Positions 28,615-38,245 are shown, numbered from the stretch's first letter. The stretch is 64,000 nucleotides of DNA from a virus (IMGVR_UViG_3300045988_171725:81036-145035); one strand, 5' to 3'. Program-made: numbers and translations. The notes: a model not told the origin generated them from the sequence alone.

Positions 28615-29796
28615 ATGAATGTTAAAATTGTAATAGGATCTAATTATGGAGACGAAGGGAAAGGGTTAGCCTCTCGTTACTTCGCCCAAAAAGCTGAAGG
28701 AAGTTGTTTAACTGTTTTGCACAATGGGGGTGCACAAAGAGGGCACACCGTTGATTATTTGGAAGGCAAGAGATTCGTATATCATCATCTCGCTTGTGGA
28801 ACTGCAGATGGGAGCGATACTTATTTTGAGCAAAACTTCATAGTTAATCCTATTCTTTTTAACAGAGAGGTTGAAGAGCTTGAAAAAATAGGCATTCGTA
28901 ATTATAGCGTGTTTATTTCACCTCATTGCAGAGTAACTACTCCATACGATATGATACTCAACCAAATGGTTGAACGGGCACGAGGTGGTCAAAAACACGG
29001 TTCTTGCGGAGTTGGAATTTTTGAAACTATAAAGAGATATGAAAGTTCTGAATATAATAAAACCTTTTCCGAGATGAAGAATATGACCGATTTGGAATTA
29101 TTCAGATATATCGAAGAAATCTCTAAGGCGTATTTATTCAGTAAAATTGAAGAATATAAAATTCCGAGAAATATTTCTGACGATTATTTGCCTTCAATTA
29201 CTTCTCGTAGATTTTTGAGCGATTACATTATAGATTTTCGTTTAATGGCATCTGAGATAGCAGAAGCAGAGCCGCAGGACTTATATAGGAATTATAATAC
29301 TCTCATATTCGAGGGAGCGCAGGGACTTGCTTTAGATATGGATAATAAAGACAATTTTCCTTATCTGACGCCAAGCAAAACGGGTTGTTATAATCCACAG
29401 AAATCTCTTGAAAAATGTGGGGAAACTCCTTTCAATATCGAGTTATGCTATGTTACAAGGACATACTTCACTCGACATGGAGCAGGTCCGTTCCCCACAG
29501 AATGTAAAAAAGAAGAAATTAACGAACAAATCGAAGATAAGACGAATGTCTCCAACCCATATCAAGATAGCATAAGATATGGAAAATTCGATATAACAGC
29601 ATTTTTGAATAGAGTTAAATCAGATAAAGCCACATTCCCTTATCATCATATCTCTACGTGTTTTATCACGCATAATAATTACGTGGATTTCGAAAGCTCT
29701 GAAATTGAAGAACAACTTACGTCAAATTTTCATTTTTTATATTTTTCAAGAGATAAGTTCGGAAGAAAAATAACAACGAAAAGAGGTATAAAATGA
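28615..29796 (+). CDS. Adenylosuccinate synthetase-family enzyme (PurA/PurZ-like)
   Basis: GDEGKG P-loop, GGAQRGHT (compare PurA GGHNAGHT), FEGAQGLALDMD...FPYLTPS, TRHGAGPFPTE. The PurA TTGRxRRxGW segment is not evident. Confidence 0.7.
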   Translation: MNVKIVIGSNYGDEGKGLASRYFAQKAEGSCLTVLHNGGAQRGHTVDYLEGKRFVYHHLACGTADGSDTYFEQNFIVNPILFNREVEELEKIGIRNYSVFISPHCRVTTPYDMILNQMVERARGGQKHGSCGVGIFETIKRYESSEYNKTFSEMKNMTDLELFRYIEEISKAYLFSKIEEYKIPRNISDDYLPSITSRRFLSDYIIDFRLMASEIAEAEPQDLYRNYNTLIFEGAQGLALDMDNKDNFPYLTPSKTGCYNPQKSLEKCGETPFNIELCYVTRTYFTRHGAGPFPTECKKEEINEQIEDKTNVSNPYQDSIRYGKFDITAFLNRVKSDKATFPYHHISTCFITHNNYVDFESSEIEEQLTSNFHFLYFSRDKFGRKITTKRGIK

Positions 29797-30050
29797 CATT
29801 AAGAGATTTTTTAAATTCTAAAATAAGATCATATGAAATTTGCCTCATTTATGCACACTACTCGACGGTCGCTATTTCGTGGATATTCGAAGAATCGTTT
29901 TCGGCAATTCCTGAAAAATACCTAAATTGGACAGTGAAAGGCGACGAATGGGTGGAGCATACAACCATAAAACAGGGTGGTTTACCGCAACGCACATGGT
30001 TTCATGAAATCACAATAGAGGAAAGCAAAAATGAAAGCACCTTATTTTAA
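29793..30050 (+). CDS. Hypothetical protein (85 aa)
   Basis: ATGA overlap with the previous ORF. Confidence 0.5.
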   Translation: MTLRDFLNSKIRSYEICLIYAHYSTVAISWIFEESFSAIPEKYLNWTVKGDEWVEHTTIKQGGLPQRTWFHEITIEESKNESTLF

Positions 30051-30408
30051 AAAGACAACTGATAGCGCGGGGAATGAATGGGTTGACGCACAGGATATTT
30101 TTCAATACACCGATGAGTTCGGCCCGTTTTTCAACAAGTGGTATCAGTTCATCGTCAGGAAATGCGAACAATTGAATTATTATAATAACCACACGTCAAC
30201 CGCTTATGGCAATCCCGACCTTTCGTGGTTAATCGGCTTTTGTTCGGGGTGGATAACAGCAAGAAATTGTTATGAAGATTTCAAAGATAACGTTTGTTAT
30301 ATCAAAGATTCACGCGATAAAACGATTATGAAATTCGACGTTCCAAAAATTTCTGAAACAGAGCGAGAAACCCGAAAGAAAATCGATGAACTTTGGGAGA
30401 ATATATGA
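30031..30408 (+). CDS. Hypothetical protein (125 aa)
   Basis: Overlapping same-strand ORF. Confidence 0.5.
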   Translation: MKAPYFKKTTDSAGNEWVDAQDIFQYTDEFGPFFNKWYQFIVRKCEQLNYYNNHTSTAYGNPDLSWLIGFCSGWITARNCYEDFKDNVCYIKDSRDKTIMKFDVPKISETERETRKKIDELWENI

Positions 30409-30445
30409 TGAATGAAAAAGCAAAACAAATATTGGAGAGATAATT

Positions 30446-30865
30446 ATGAGTTGGAGAGATATATCAGTAATTAATTCAGAACATCTAAAAACTATAGTAA
30501 GTTACCTTTATCAACTGAAGTGTAAATTAAATGATTCAAAAACTACTTTGGAGAGTGATGAGTTGTTTGCTTCTTGGGAAGATTATGATAATTTTAAATA
30601 TCTCATCGAACGGTCTAAAGATTTTTATAATCTTGTGTTTAACATAGAAGAAATAAAAGTCAGAGATGAACATTATTCTTTATGGTGCAATAAATTAATA
30701 ATAGCGTTTGAAGATGACAAAAAAATAATTTTAAATTGCGAAGGAAAGTTTACAGTGGCAGAAAGACAGACTCTCGTACTAAACTATGCAGAGGCAGAAA
30801 ATAAAAGATTAAAAGAAGAGATTGAAAAATTAAAATTAGAATTATCTAAGTATAAAAGGAACTGA
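30446..30865 (+). CDS. Hypothetical protein (139 aa)
   Basis: GGAGAG RBS, AT-rich. Confidence 0.5.
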   Translation: MSWRDISVINSEHLKTIVSYLYQLKCKLNDSKTTLESDELFASWEDYDNFKYLIERSKDFYNLVFNIEEIKVRDEHYSLWCNKLIIAFEDDKKIILNCEGKFTVAERQTLVLNYAEAENKRLKEEIEKLKLELSKYKRN

Positions 30866-30868
30866 CAC

Positions 30869-31210
30869 ATGGATGATATAGAATTAGCAAGAGATTTATT
30901 TGAAACAACGCCTGGACCATGCAATTTAGGTAATTGTTTTGAATGTAGGTACTTTAATAAAGATAATATTTGTATAGAGTTAAAACAAGCTGAAAGTTTG
31001 GTTGCTAGAGGTTATCAAAAAATCAAGTGGCATAAAATTACTGATGAGAAAATTCCGTTAGAAGATGGCAAAGATGTACTCGTCATCGACGATTATGGGA
31101 ATTATTGGGTTGCTAAATACGTCAAAGCAACTAACTGGTTTGCAATATACGAAATGGATTGGCCTTACAAATTTATTGCATGGACCGAATTGCCGAAATT
31201 TAATAAATAA
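30869..31210 (+). CDS. Hypothetical protein, DUF551-like C-terminus (113 aa)
   Basis: IKWHKITDEKIPLEDGKDVLV...FIAWTELPKF, as in ORF 18380..18784. Confidence 0.45.
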   Translation: MDDIELARDLFETTPGPCNLGNCFECRYFNKDNICIELKQAESLVARGYQKIKWHKITDEKIPLEDGKDVLVIDDYGNYWVAKYVKATNWFAIYEMDWPYKFIAWTELPKFNK

Positions 31211-31230
31211 AACAGTAATTTTAATGTATT

Positions 31231-31503
31231 ATGAAATTAGAAGAATTATTAAGAACATTTATAGGTATTGGAAGTTGGATCTATAGAATAAATTTATACG
31301 AAACGGATTCTAAGGGTAATACTAAATATATAACAGACCATCATATGATAGATTATTATATAGATATGAATAAATTCAAAGATTGGTTTGATATGAAGGT
31401 AGAAAATTGTTTCGTTACCCCTTATGGATACGGCAACAATATAGAAAACGGTATAAAAAGAGGACTCGTAGATATATACGTAAAAGCGGAGGTGAAAATA
31501 TGA
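31231..31503 (+). CDS. Hypothetical protein (90 aa)
   Basis: Same-strand ORF. Confidence 0.45.
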   Translation: MKLEELLRTFIGIGSWIYRINLYETDSKGNTKYITDHHMIDYYIDMNKFKDWFDMKVENCFVTPYGYGNNIENGIKRGLVDIYVKAEVKI

Positions 31504-31898
31504 AAAATAATATACCCGAAATCGGCAAAACATACGCCTTTTTCGATGACGGCAAAACAGGGCTCACTCGTTGTTATAAAGCGATAGTTTTAGACATAAT
31601 CCCGTCCAACGTTGTCGAGGAACTTTATCCAAAACTTTTCGCGGGTTGGAAAGAGAATCTTGAAAAAGCCAATTTCCTTTACGCGCCGATAACTGACTTT
31701 TTTATAAAATGCTCGATTCCGAATTACGCTTACAATAACGTATATTTCGTTAGAGACACAAAAGACGGTTGGTTCTCGATTGATTACCCGCACGGTTGGA
31801 TGAGCGGCTTGCTCGATGTTGATGGGGAATATGGAAGAAAGAACGATGTCCCGCCCGTAGATGAATGGGTGGCTGGAAAAGATTATTTGGGAGATTAA
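31500..31898 (+). CDS. Hypothetical protein (132 aa)
   Basis: ATG at 31500 forms an ATGA overlap with the upstream stop, after GGAGGTG. Confidence 0.5.
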   Translation: MKNNIPEIGKTYAFFDDGKTGLTRCYKAIVLDIIPSNVVEELYPKLFAGWKENLEKANFLYAPITDFFIKCSIPNYAYNNVYFVRDTKDGWFSIDYPHGWMSGLLDVDGEYGRKNDVPPVDEWVAGKDYLGD

Positions 31899-31901
31899 GT
31901 T

Positions 31902-32444
31902 ATGAATGTTTATTTTAGTTCAACGCATTTACAAACTTTGTGTGATTTAAAAGCGCTCGCAGAAAAGCATGGGTGTTTTATTCGTTTCGGGGTAAATCAA
32001 GAGAATTCGGTGAATGTAGATTTTGATAAATTTGATAAAGCGACAGAAAAGATCATTCACGAATTATTAAATAAAGGAATATTTTCGCAGTCTGTGTATA
32101 ATGTGACATCGATGTATTTTGAGCTCTTCGATAATAATAACAAGACCTATCATACACTTACTTACAACGAGGGAAGCCAATCCACTTCTTATGAATTAGG
32201 TTGGGCTGACGAATTATCAGACGAAGCAATCTCTTTTTTGGAATATAATTTAGTCGAATGGCAAACAATAGACGATATAGATGATACAAAGCTCACGATT
32301 TATTGTCGTTTAGATGAAACAAAAATTACAGGTTTCCCCAATCAAAAGCATCTAAGCGTTTATCGCGAAGGAATGGCGCTAAAATTTTTCGGTGATTTGG
32401 TTTGCGATTATCTCGGTGAAGAAAGAATTGTGAGGACTTATTAA
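31902..32444 (+). CDS. Hypothetical protein (180 aa)
   Basis: Same-strand ORF. Confidence 0.5.
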   Translation: MNVYFSSTHLQTLCDLKALAEKHGCFIRFGVNQENSVNVDFDKFDKATEKIIHELLNKGIFSQSVYNVTSMYFELFDNNNKTYHTLTYNEGSQSTSYELGWADELSDEAISFLEYNLVEWQTIDDIDDTKLTIYCRLDETKITGFPNQKHLSVYREGMALKFFGDLVCDYLGEERIVRTY

Positions 32445-32707
32445 TGACAAAAGACAGTTTTATTGCATCAATTAAACATTTTGAATCTTTACAAAAACGT
32501 TATCAAACCACTAATAACAAGAAGATGTGTGATATAATCTCCAATGCGTTGCAAAGCATGAATCTCTATTTTAGAATTAAAGATGTGATAGAAGAGTTTT
32601 ATCCTACGAGCGCAGTTCAGCTAGAATTTTGGCTGGACAAAAATGGATGTTTATCGACTAAATATATTCAGGGAGGAGTACAACCGAATGATAAAGATTA
32701 CGAATAA
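32444..32707 (+). CDS. Hypothetical protein (87 aa)
   Basis: Abuts the previous stop. Confidence 0.5.
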   Translation: MTKDSFIASIKHFESLQKRYQTTNNKKMCDIISNALQSMNLYFRIKDVIEEFYPTSAVQLEFWLDKNGCLSTKYIQGGVQPNDKDYE

Positions 32708-32996
32708 AGATTTTTATAAAAGATACAAAAGTTTCAGCGGTTCATTTCTCGAGTGGTTTCGTTCCTGCGTAAATGAACACGATGTTTTCCGTTTTTGGTA
32801 CAAAGGCGACCCTGAAGATGTCAACGGTGATTACGTCCAAATTTCGAGTGTTATCGATATAGACGGAGACTTCCTGCTCGGATTGAAATTCGTCGATTGG
32901 AATGGCGAAGAGGAAGGGAAAGAAATGGTCGAGTTTGTAAGGTTGAGCGAAGTAAGAACAATCGAAATTTTCGCGAATGAGGAGAACGAGGAATGA
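32688..32996 (+). CDS. Hypothetical protein (102 aa)
   Basis: ATG at 32688 after GGGAGGAG. Confidence 0.5.
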   Translation: MIKITNKDFYKRYKSFSGSFLEWFRSCVNEHDVFRFWYKGDPEDVNGDYVQISSVIDIDGDFLLGLKFVDWNGEEEGKEMVEFVRLSEVRTIEIFANEENEE

Positions 32997-33247
32997 GATT
33001 AGGCACGATTTCCGAATTAAGTCGCGAGCAACTCGAAAAGAAATTTCCGCGAAAAGGTTATTGCATCACTTTTTACCCCGTGGAAGACGGTTTCCCCGAC
33101 CCAATAAACGCACCGCAGATTTTCGTAAAACTTACCGAATCGAAAGCAAAAGAGTTGGCCGAACTTTTCGAAAAGACGAATGAGAAGAATGACGGACTGA
33201 AAATTACGATAGAAATTTTTGAAATAGGTGAGGTAGAAGATGTATAA
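32993..33247 (+). CDS. Hypothetical protein (84 aa)
   Basis: ATGA overlap with the previous ORF. Confidence 0.5.
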   Translation: MRLGTISELSREQLEKKFPRKGYCITFYPVEDGFPDPINAPQIFVKLTESKAKELAELFEKTNEKNDGLKITIEIFEIGEVEDV

Positions 33248-33902
33248 ATTTCAAAAACCGTTATCGGAAATCGATTACATAATCAGCTTCGACCTCGCGC
33301 TTTATAAGACAGGTGTCTCGATTTACGACATTTCTCAAAAATCAATCGTTCGAACCGACAAAATCGAAGTCTCGCACACCGACGAAACGCCCGTCGCGAC
33401 GCTTTATACGAAGCTCAAAGAGTATTTGACCTCGGCAGTCGAGAAATACGGCAATTTGTTGATGATTGTCAAAGAAGCGATGCCCGCGCAGGCAGGTCGA
33501 TTTACGACTATCGCAACGCTCCAAACGCTCGCGAAAGCGCACGCGGCTCTCGACATCGCGGTTGCAAAGGTGGACGGAGTTGATTTCTACGACGAAGTGG
33601 GCGTTCACGCGGTCTCGGTAAAAGCGCTTTTCAAAACCGAGGAAACGCCGAAGCCGACAAAGACCGACATCAAAAAAGCGGTTTGCGCCCATTATGGGCT
33701 GAAAGCGGGCGATTTGACGGACGATGAAAGCGATTCGGTCGCGGTGATTTACACGCTCATAAAGAAGAAATGGAACGCGGATTTGAAGGATGAGATAAAA
33801 CGCGTTAAAAAAGAGATGAAAGGCTTAAAACAGGAACGAGCAATCGCCGCTCACGAGAAGAGAATCGAAGAATTACAGGCGATGATTTTGGAGGTAGAAT
33901 AA
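33240..33902 (+). CDS. RuvC-like Holliday-junction resolvase
   Basis: N-terminal IISFDLALYKTGVS (RuvC motif I-like Asp) and DDESDSVAVIYT (C-terminal acidic motif). Basic coiled tail. Confidence 0.55.
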   Translation: MYKFQKPLSEIDYIISFDLALYKTGVSIYDISQKSIVRTDKIEVSHTDETPVATLYTKLKEYLTSAVEKYGNLLMIVKEAMPAQAGRFTTIATLQTLAKAHAALDIAVAKVDGVDFYDEVGVHAVSVKALFKTEETPKPTKTDIKKAVCAHYGLKAGDLTDDESDSVAVIYTLIKKKWNADLKDEIKRVKKEMKGLKQERAIAAHEKRIEELQAMILEVE

Positions 33903-34456
33903 TGGCACTTAATACGGGTGTCCTAACAAGTAATCGAACGGCAGATGGGGACGAACAATATACACCCTTTTATGCGTGTGATCCAATCGTGAAATACATT
34001 CCTAAAGATTGGATAGTCTGGTGCCCGTGCGACGAAGAATGGTCGGCTTATGTGCGGTTGTTCAAAGAAAGCGGTTATAAAGTAATTCGCAGTTCGTTAT
34101 CTGACGGAAAAGATTTTTTGAAATATGAACCCGAAGAACATTACGATGTTATAATTACGAATTTGCCGTTTTCATTAAAGACCAAAACGCTTAAAAGACT
34201 TGATGAACTCGGAAAGCCGTTCGCGGTTTTATTACCGCTAAACAGTTTACAAGGGCAAGATAGGTTTGAAGTTTTCAGTCACGGGATTCAGCTGCTCGCG
34301 TTTGATAAAAGAATTGGATTTCACTCGCCGAAAAGTATGGATAGAACAATCGAAGGCTCACCATTTGCAAGCGCATATTTTTGCAGAGGGATTTTACCGA
34401 GAGATTTGATTTTGGAAGAGTTAGTAAAATATGAGAGACCGCTAATTAGTGAATAA
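33902..34456 (+). CDS. Putative DNA (adenine) methyltransferase-like protein
   Basis: VIITNLPFS resembles catalytic motif IV (N/D-P-P-F/Y). Only 184 aa, and no clear AdoMet motif read. Confidence 0.4.
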   Translation: MALNTGVLTSNRTADGDEQYTPFYACDPIVKYIPKDWIVWCPCDEEWSAYVRLFKESGYKVIRSSLSDGKDFLKYEPEEHYDVIITNLPFSLKTKTLKRLDELGKPFAVLLPLNSLQGQDRFEVFSHGIQLLAFDKRIGFHSPKSMDRTIEGSPFASAYFCRGILPRDLILEELVKYERPLISE

Positions 34457-34501
34457 AAGACCAATTTTATTACACGGCAAAAATAAAAAAAGAGGGTAAA
34501 A

Positions 34502-34738
34502 ATGGAAACTTGGGAAAAAGAATTATTAAAAAAACCAAAGGAAATGCAAGAGCGTTATTATAAATTCGTCGAAGATGTGAAGGCGAATTTCGACAATGAG
34601 GACGCAGTTCTTTTGGAAAACGAACCAAATGCCCTTCGCGTTGTGAAATGGATTGTAGAACACGAAAGCCTCGATATTCCAGCCGCGTGTTACATTTATT
34701 GTTTTTGTGATTTTTGGGAAAACGTTTTATATATGTAA
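34502..34738 (+). CDS. Hypothetical protein (78 aa)
   Basis: GAGGG RBS, same-strand ORF. Confidence 0.5.
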   Translation: METWEKELLKKPKEMQERYYKFVEDVKANFDNEDAVLLENEPNALRVVKWIVEHESLDIPAACYIYCFCDFWENVLYM

Positions 34739-34763
34739 ATTTTCAAAAACTTCGTTCAAACGC

Positions 34764-34792
34764 TTGACGGGGACGAAGTTTTGTGTTATAAT
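34764..34792 (+). promoter_or_regulatory. Sigma70-type promoter P5 (cassette homologous to P2)
   Basis: TTGACG at 34764-34769 and TATAAT at 34787-34792, 17-bp spacer, TG at 34784-34785. A 9-bp inverted repeat AAAACTTCG/CGAAGTTTT brackets the -35. Confidence 0.65.
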
Positions 34793-34814
34793 GAAGCCAC
34801 AATTGGAGGTAGTT

Positions 34815-35015
34815 ATGAAAAGACTCAACGCGAAAGGTATGGAAAAACTCAACGAAATCTCGGAAAAATATCGTTTTAAATCAACGTTCGAGATAGAGCA
34901 AGAAGAAGTTTATGATTTTTGCAACGATATTTTAAAGGCGGCTTATCTCGGGCTTGATCTCGACCCCGAAGATTTAGACTGGATTACTGAAGTTAGAGAC
35001 GCGATGTGCGAATAA
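34815..35015 (+). CDS. Hypothetical protein (66 aa)
   Basis: ATG at 34815 after GGAGG. The longer track ORF runs through the promoter. Confidence 0.5.
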   Translation: MKRLNAKGMEKLNEISEKYRFKSTFEIEQEEVYDFCNDILKAAYLGLDLDPEDLDWITEVRDAMCE

Positions 35016-35025
35016 GGAGCAGGCT

Positions 35026-35433
35026 ATGAGAACGAAAAATAAAGACATCGCAATGATCTGTAAAGGATTTTATGTGGTCACTAATGAATATCGTGATCCT
35101 ATTTCAGCATTAAAAGATTATATCAAAGAATATACAGGAAACGCAGAATTATCGTCGGAGAGTCTTTTGCATCATTTGACGAAAGCTGTTTTGGAATTTA
35201 TACCAAAAGAAGAATTGCTAAGAGCGGCATTTACACAATCTTCTCAAATTGGAAATACAGAGATAAAACCACGGTGTTTTTTAGAACATCTTTATCTTCG
35301 TTTGTTGGGCGGGATTGCGATGGACGAGATTGGAGTGAACGATTATCTTGAAATTTGGGAATATATTGAAGATAATCGTCATAGTAAAAAACCTTGGTGG
35401 TCTATTGACAAATTTAAGGAGAATATTAAATGA
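35026..35433 (+). CDS. Hypothetical protein (135 aa)
   Basis: AAGGAG RBS. Confidence 0.5.
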   Translation: MRTKNKDIAMICKGFYVVTNEYRDPISALKDYIKEYTGNAELSSESLLHHLTKAVLEFIPKEELLRAAFTQSSQIGNTEIKPRCFLEHLYLRLLGGIAMDEIGVNDYLEIWEYIEDNRHSKKPWWSIDKFKENIK

Positions 35434-35870
35434 GACTGTGGCATATTGATTTAATTCCGTATCTTCCAAAATCGCAGTTGCTTGCGCAGTGGCGCGAACT
35501 CAACTCGATATACGCAAAACAAGACAAGCACATTTTGATCAATTATATATACGATTACAACCGTCATTACCTCAAAGCGTATTCAGACAAGGTAATTGCT
35601 GAAATGCGGCGGCGCGAAATAAATATTCGTGATTTTTCGAAATACGACGATTATTTTTGGGGAATGCAAAACGGGTTTGCGGGAAAAGAAATCATCGGGT
35701 TAGAATCGGGCTTGCGGTTCAAAGAGCACGACGATGAATATTTACGGATTTGTTATTACAATCTCAAAGAGAAATATATGCGCGGGCAAAAAGATTTTGA
35801 TTACCCGACGTGGATAAAATTATATTATTTTTGCAAAAATATTTTAGAAAAGGAGAAGACAAATGGCTGA
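35430..35870 (+). CDS. Pyrimidine-dimer DNA glycosylase-like (TIGR02328-type) protein
   Basis: The N-terminus MRLWHIDLIPYLPKSQLLAQWREL matches, from memory, the MRLWH..LIPYLP..QLLGQHRE signature of this family. Confidence 0.5.
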   Translation: MRLWHIDLIPYLPKSQLLAQWRELNSIYAKQDKHILINYIYDYNRHYLKAYSDKVIAEMRRREINIRDFSKYDDYFWGMQNGFAGKEIIGLESGLRFKEHDDEYLRICYYNLKEKYMRGQKDFDYPTWIKLYYFCKNILEKEKTNG

Positions 35871-36354
35871 ATTTCCAAAAGTGATATGTAAGGAATTTGA
35901 CCACAATCGACAAGTGATTTCCGATTGGGACGTTTTACATTATCGCGAAGATGACATCAAAAAACTCAAAAAGAAGTGCGCGACGCGAGCCGAGTTTGCA
36001 GAAGAACTTCGCAAAGAATTTATGTGGCGGTTTTGGTCGAAAGCCGAACACGAACTCATCATAAGCAGAACCGAAGACGGGAGAATTCTGCTTATACCGT
36101 GGTGCGGCTGCCGCGATGACGAAAAAGCGACAATCGACGTGACGGACGATTATTCGCAGCTCGATTGGGGCGCGTTCGCTGATTACCATATAAATAAGCA
36201 GATTTTCAAAACAGAGGCAAAAATCGACGTTTACGACCAAATTATGTTCGGCGACAGATTCGAAAAGTTGGTCGATGCGTTATGGACAACGCGACTTAAA
36301 TACGAGCGCGACAACCCCAAATTCCACGATAAAAACAAGGAGAACAAACAATGA
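35863..36354 (+). CDS. Hypothetical protein (163 aa)
   Basis: Overlapping same-strand ORF. Confidence 0.5.
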   Translation: MAEFPKVICKEFDHNRQVISDWDVLHYREDDIKKLKKKCATRAEFAEELRKEFMWRFWSKAEHELIISRTEDGRILLIPWCGCRDDEKATIDVTDDYSQLDWGAFADYHINKQIFKTEAKIDVYDQIMFGDRFEKLVDALWTTRLKYERDNPKFHDKNKENKQ

Positions 36355-36863
36355 GTTGGAATAGACAATCAGTTAGAGAATTCAACCGCAAAAACAAAAC
36401 CAATTACACAAAGGCGGAGCTTGAAGCACTCGACTTCGCAATAAAGTTCCGCGCAGGCAACGCGAACGTTCAATCAATGAGCGACCTCGCACTTAACCCG
36501 TTTATCAACATCGAACTCGAAGAGCCGATTCCCGAAGGAACGGAAGTGAAGCTTAATTACGAGGTCATAAAGAACCGCCCGACTTATCCGAGATTATCGC
36601 AGAAATATAAGGATTTCATCGAGGCGAACAAAGACGCGATTTTACACACGACGGACGAGAATGCGAAGAAGGGTTACGTTTGTCTCGCGGAAGACCCCGA
36701 CAAGTTGTGGTTATGGACGCCGCTTTTCGACCTTTTGTATCGGAACGAAGCGGGTGAGTTTGTGGAATACGGCGACTCGATTTTGGCGCCGAAAGAAGAA
36801 GAAAAAGAGGGAGAGGAAGAAAATGTATCAAACAAAACTGACGAAGGAACAGTTATCGTATAA
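36351..36863 (+). CDS. Hypothetical protein (170 aa)
   Basis: ATGA overlap with the previous ORF. Confidence 0.5.
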   Translation: MSWNRQSVREFNRKNKTNYTKAELEALDFAIKFRAGNANVQSMSDLALNPFINIELEEPIPEGTEVKLNYEVIKNRPTYPRLSQKYKDFIEANKDAILHTTDENAKKGYVCLAEDPDKLWLWTPLFDLLYRNEAGEFVEYGDSILAPKEEEKEGEEENVSNKTDEGTVIV

Positions 36864-36981
36864 CATTGCGTATCATCTCGAAAAGGAGACCGACAAACCG
36901 ACGCATGAAGTTATTATCGAAACATTGGCGGCATACGAAGAAAAACCAAAAAAAGCATCAAAAACGCTTGACAACGATTAA
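36823..36981 (+). CDS. Small hypothetical protein (52 aa)
   Basis: ATG at 36823 after GGAGAGGAAG. The upstream part of track ORF 36661.. is an alternate frame of the previous gene. Confidence 0.4.
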   Translation: MYQTKLTKEQLSYNIAYHLEKETDKPTHEVIIETLAAYEEKPKKASKTLDND

Positions 36982-36996
36982 AAAGCGTGCTATAAT
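36968..36996 (+). promoter_or_regulatory. Sigma70-type promoter P6
   Basis: TTGACA at 36968-36973 and TATAAT at 36991-36996, 17-bp spacer, TG at 36988-36989. Confidence 0.7.
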
Positions 36997-37027
36997 GAAA
37001 GAAAAGTGATTAAAAGGAGCAAATTAA

Positions 37028-38245
37028 ATGGCAGTTTATTTTGACGCGGTGGGAACAATTCATCCCATCAAGGAAACAGAAAAGTTTAAGGCGGTTGAAT
37101 ACCTCAGATTCGATTCGGGCTGGGCGAAGAAAGTTCTTCGTTTCAACTTCCGCACCAACACGGGCTCGGTAACGAATATGGAAATTTCCGCGCTTTACAG
37201 AGCGAATGAAGACGGAACCCCCGCAGACGACAACAAAACTTACGTCAGAGAGGGAGGTTGGATTGAGTACCTCGAAAGAAAAAAGCATTCGGGGAAAGGC
37301 AGATTTATGACGAGTTTTCTCGATAAATCGCCTTATAAGGTCGCAAATGTTCTTAAAGCGTATGACGAGGGAAATCTTTCGACTTATGATGCGGACAAAT
37401 ACGGCATTCATTCCGATAAAGATTACGAAGAATTAAGTAAAAAATATAACAGTTGCGTAAAATACTTCCTTTTCGACATTGATTTTATCAATTACTTCGA
37501 AAGAATTTTGGAAAATTACGACAAGTTCCTCAAAGGCAGACTTATGAGGGTGAGCGGCGAATGGACGTTTGAATATTCGACGCAGAAAGACGCGATTTAC
37601 AAGAAATTCGTGCCCAGCCGCATTGAATATTGCCACGATGAAGACCCCGTTCAGGTCATCGCGCTTAAAGTCCCGTTTATTTTCAAGGGCAAAAACCCGA
37701 TTGCGGTCGGCAAAGGCGATAAAAAGGTGCTTAAAGGTTACACAAATTACTTCGCGAGAGAATTTAAGACTGAAGAATTCAAAGGCAAATACCTCGCCCC
37801 CATTGAAATCGTTATTCCCGAAAATCTCGAACAGTCGATTTCTAACAGATTCGATAAAGAAGACCCAACCGTAACATCGGATTACAAGTTATGGAATTTG
37901 AATTGTGCTTATATCAACGGCGCAGAAAAGAAAGATATCGAAGAAGACGATTTGTCCCCCGACGAGAAGTTCGATATCGAGTGTGGTTTCAGAACGCTTG
38001 AAGAAATTAGAGCCGAACACGCGAAAGCCGATAAAGGCGCGGACGAAAAAGGCAAATATGACTCGACCAAAGTTTACGGTGACAGAATTACCGAAATCAG
38101 ACTTATAAAGTGCGGCGAAAAAGGTAATCCCGAAAACGCCGAATATGACGATAGACAGACCGAAAGTCCGTCGCACGACATACCCGAAGAAGTAAAACAA
38201 GCAGTCGGCGCGGAAAGCGATGACGACGATATTTTTGAGATTTAA
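37028..38245 (+). CDS. Putative single-stranded DNA-binding protein (405 aa) with acidic C-terminal tip
   Basis: First gene of the P6 operon, directly upstream of the ERF annealase. C-terminus ...GAESDDDDIFEI resembles SSB/gp2.5-type acidic tails. The OB fold is not verifiable by eye. Confidence 0.45.
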   Translation: MAVYFDAVGTIHPIKETEKFKAVEYLRFDSGWAKKVLRFNFRTNTGSVTNMEISALYRANEDGTPADDNKTYVREGGWIEYLERKKHSGKGRFMTSFLDKSPYKVANVLKAYDEGNLSTYDADKYGIHSDKDYEELSKKYNSCVKYFLFDIDFINYFERILENYDKFLKGRLMRVSGEWTFEYSTQKDAIYKKFVPSRIEYCHDEDPVQVIALKVPFIFKGKNPIAVGKGDKKVLKGYTNYFAREFKTEEFKGKYLAPIEIVIPENLEQSISNRFDKEDPTVTSDYKLWNLNCAYINGAEKKDIEEDDLSPDEKFDIECGFRTLEEIRAEHAKADKGADEKGKYDSTKVYGDRITEIRLIKCGEKGNPENAEYDDRQTESPSHDIPEEVKQAVGAESDDDDIFEI

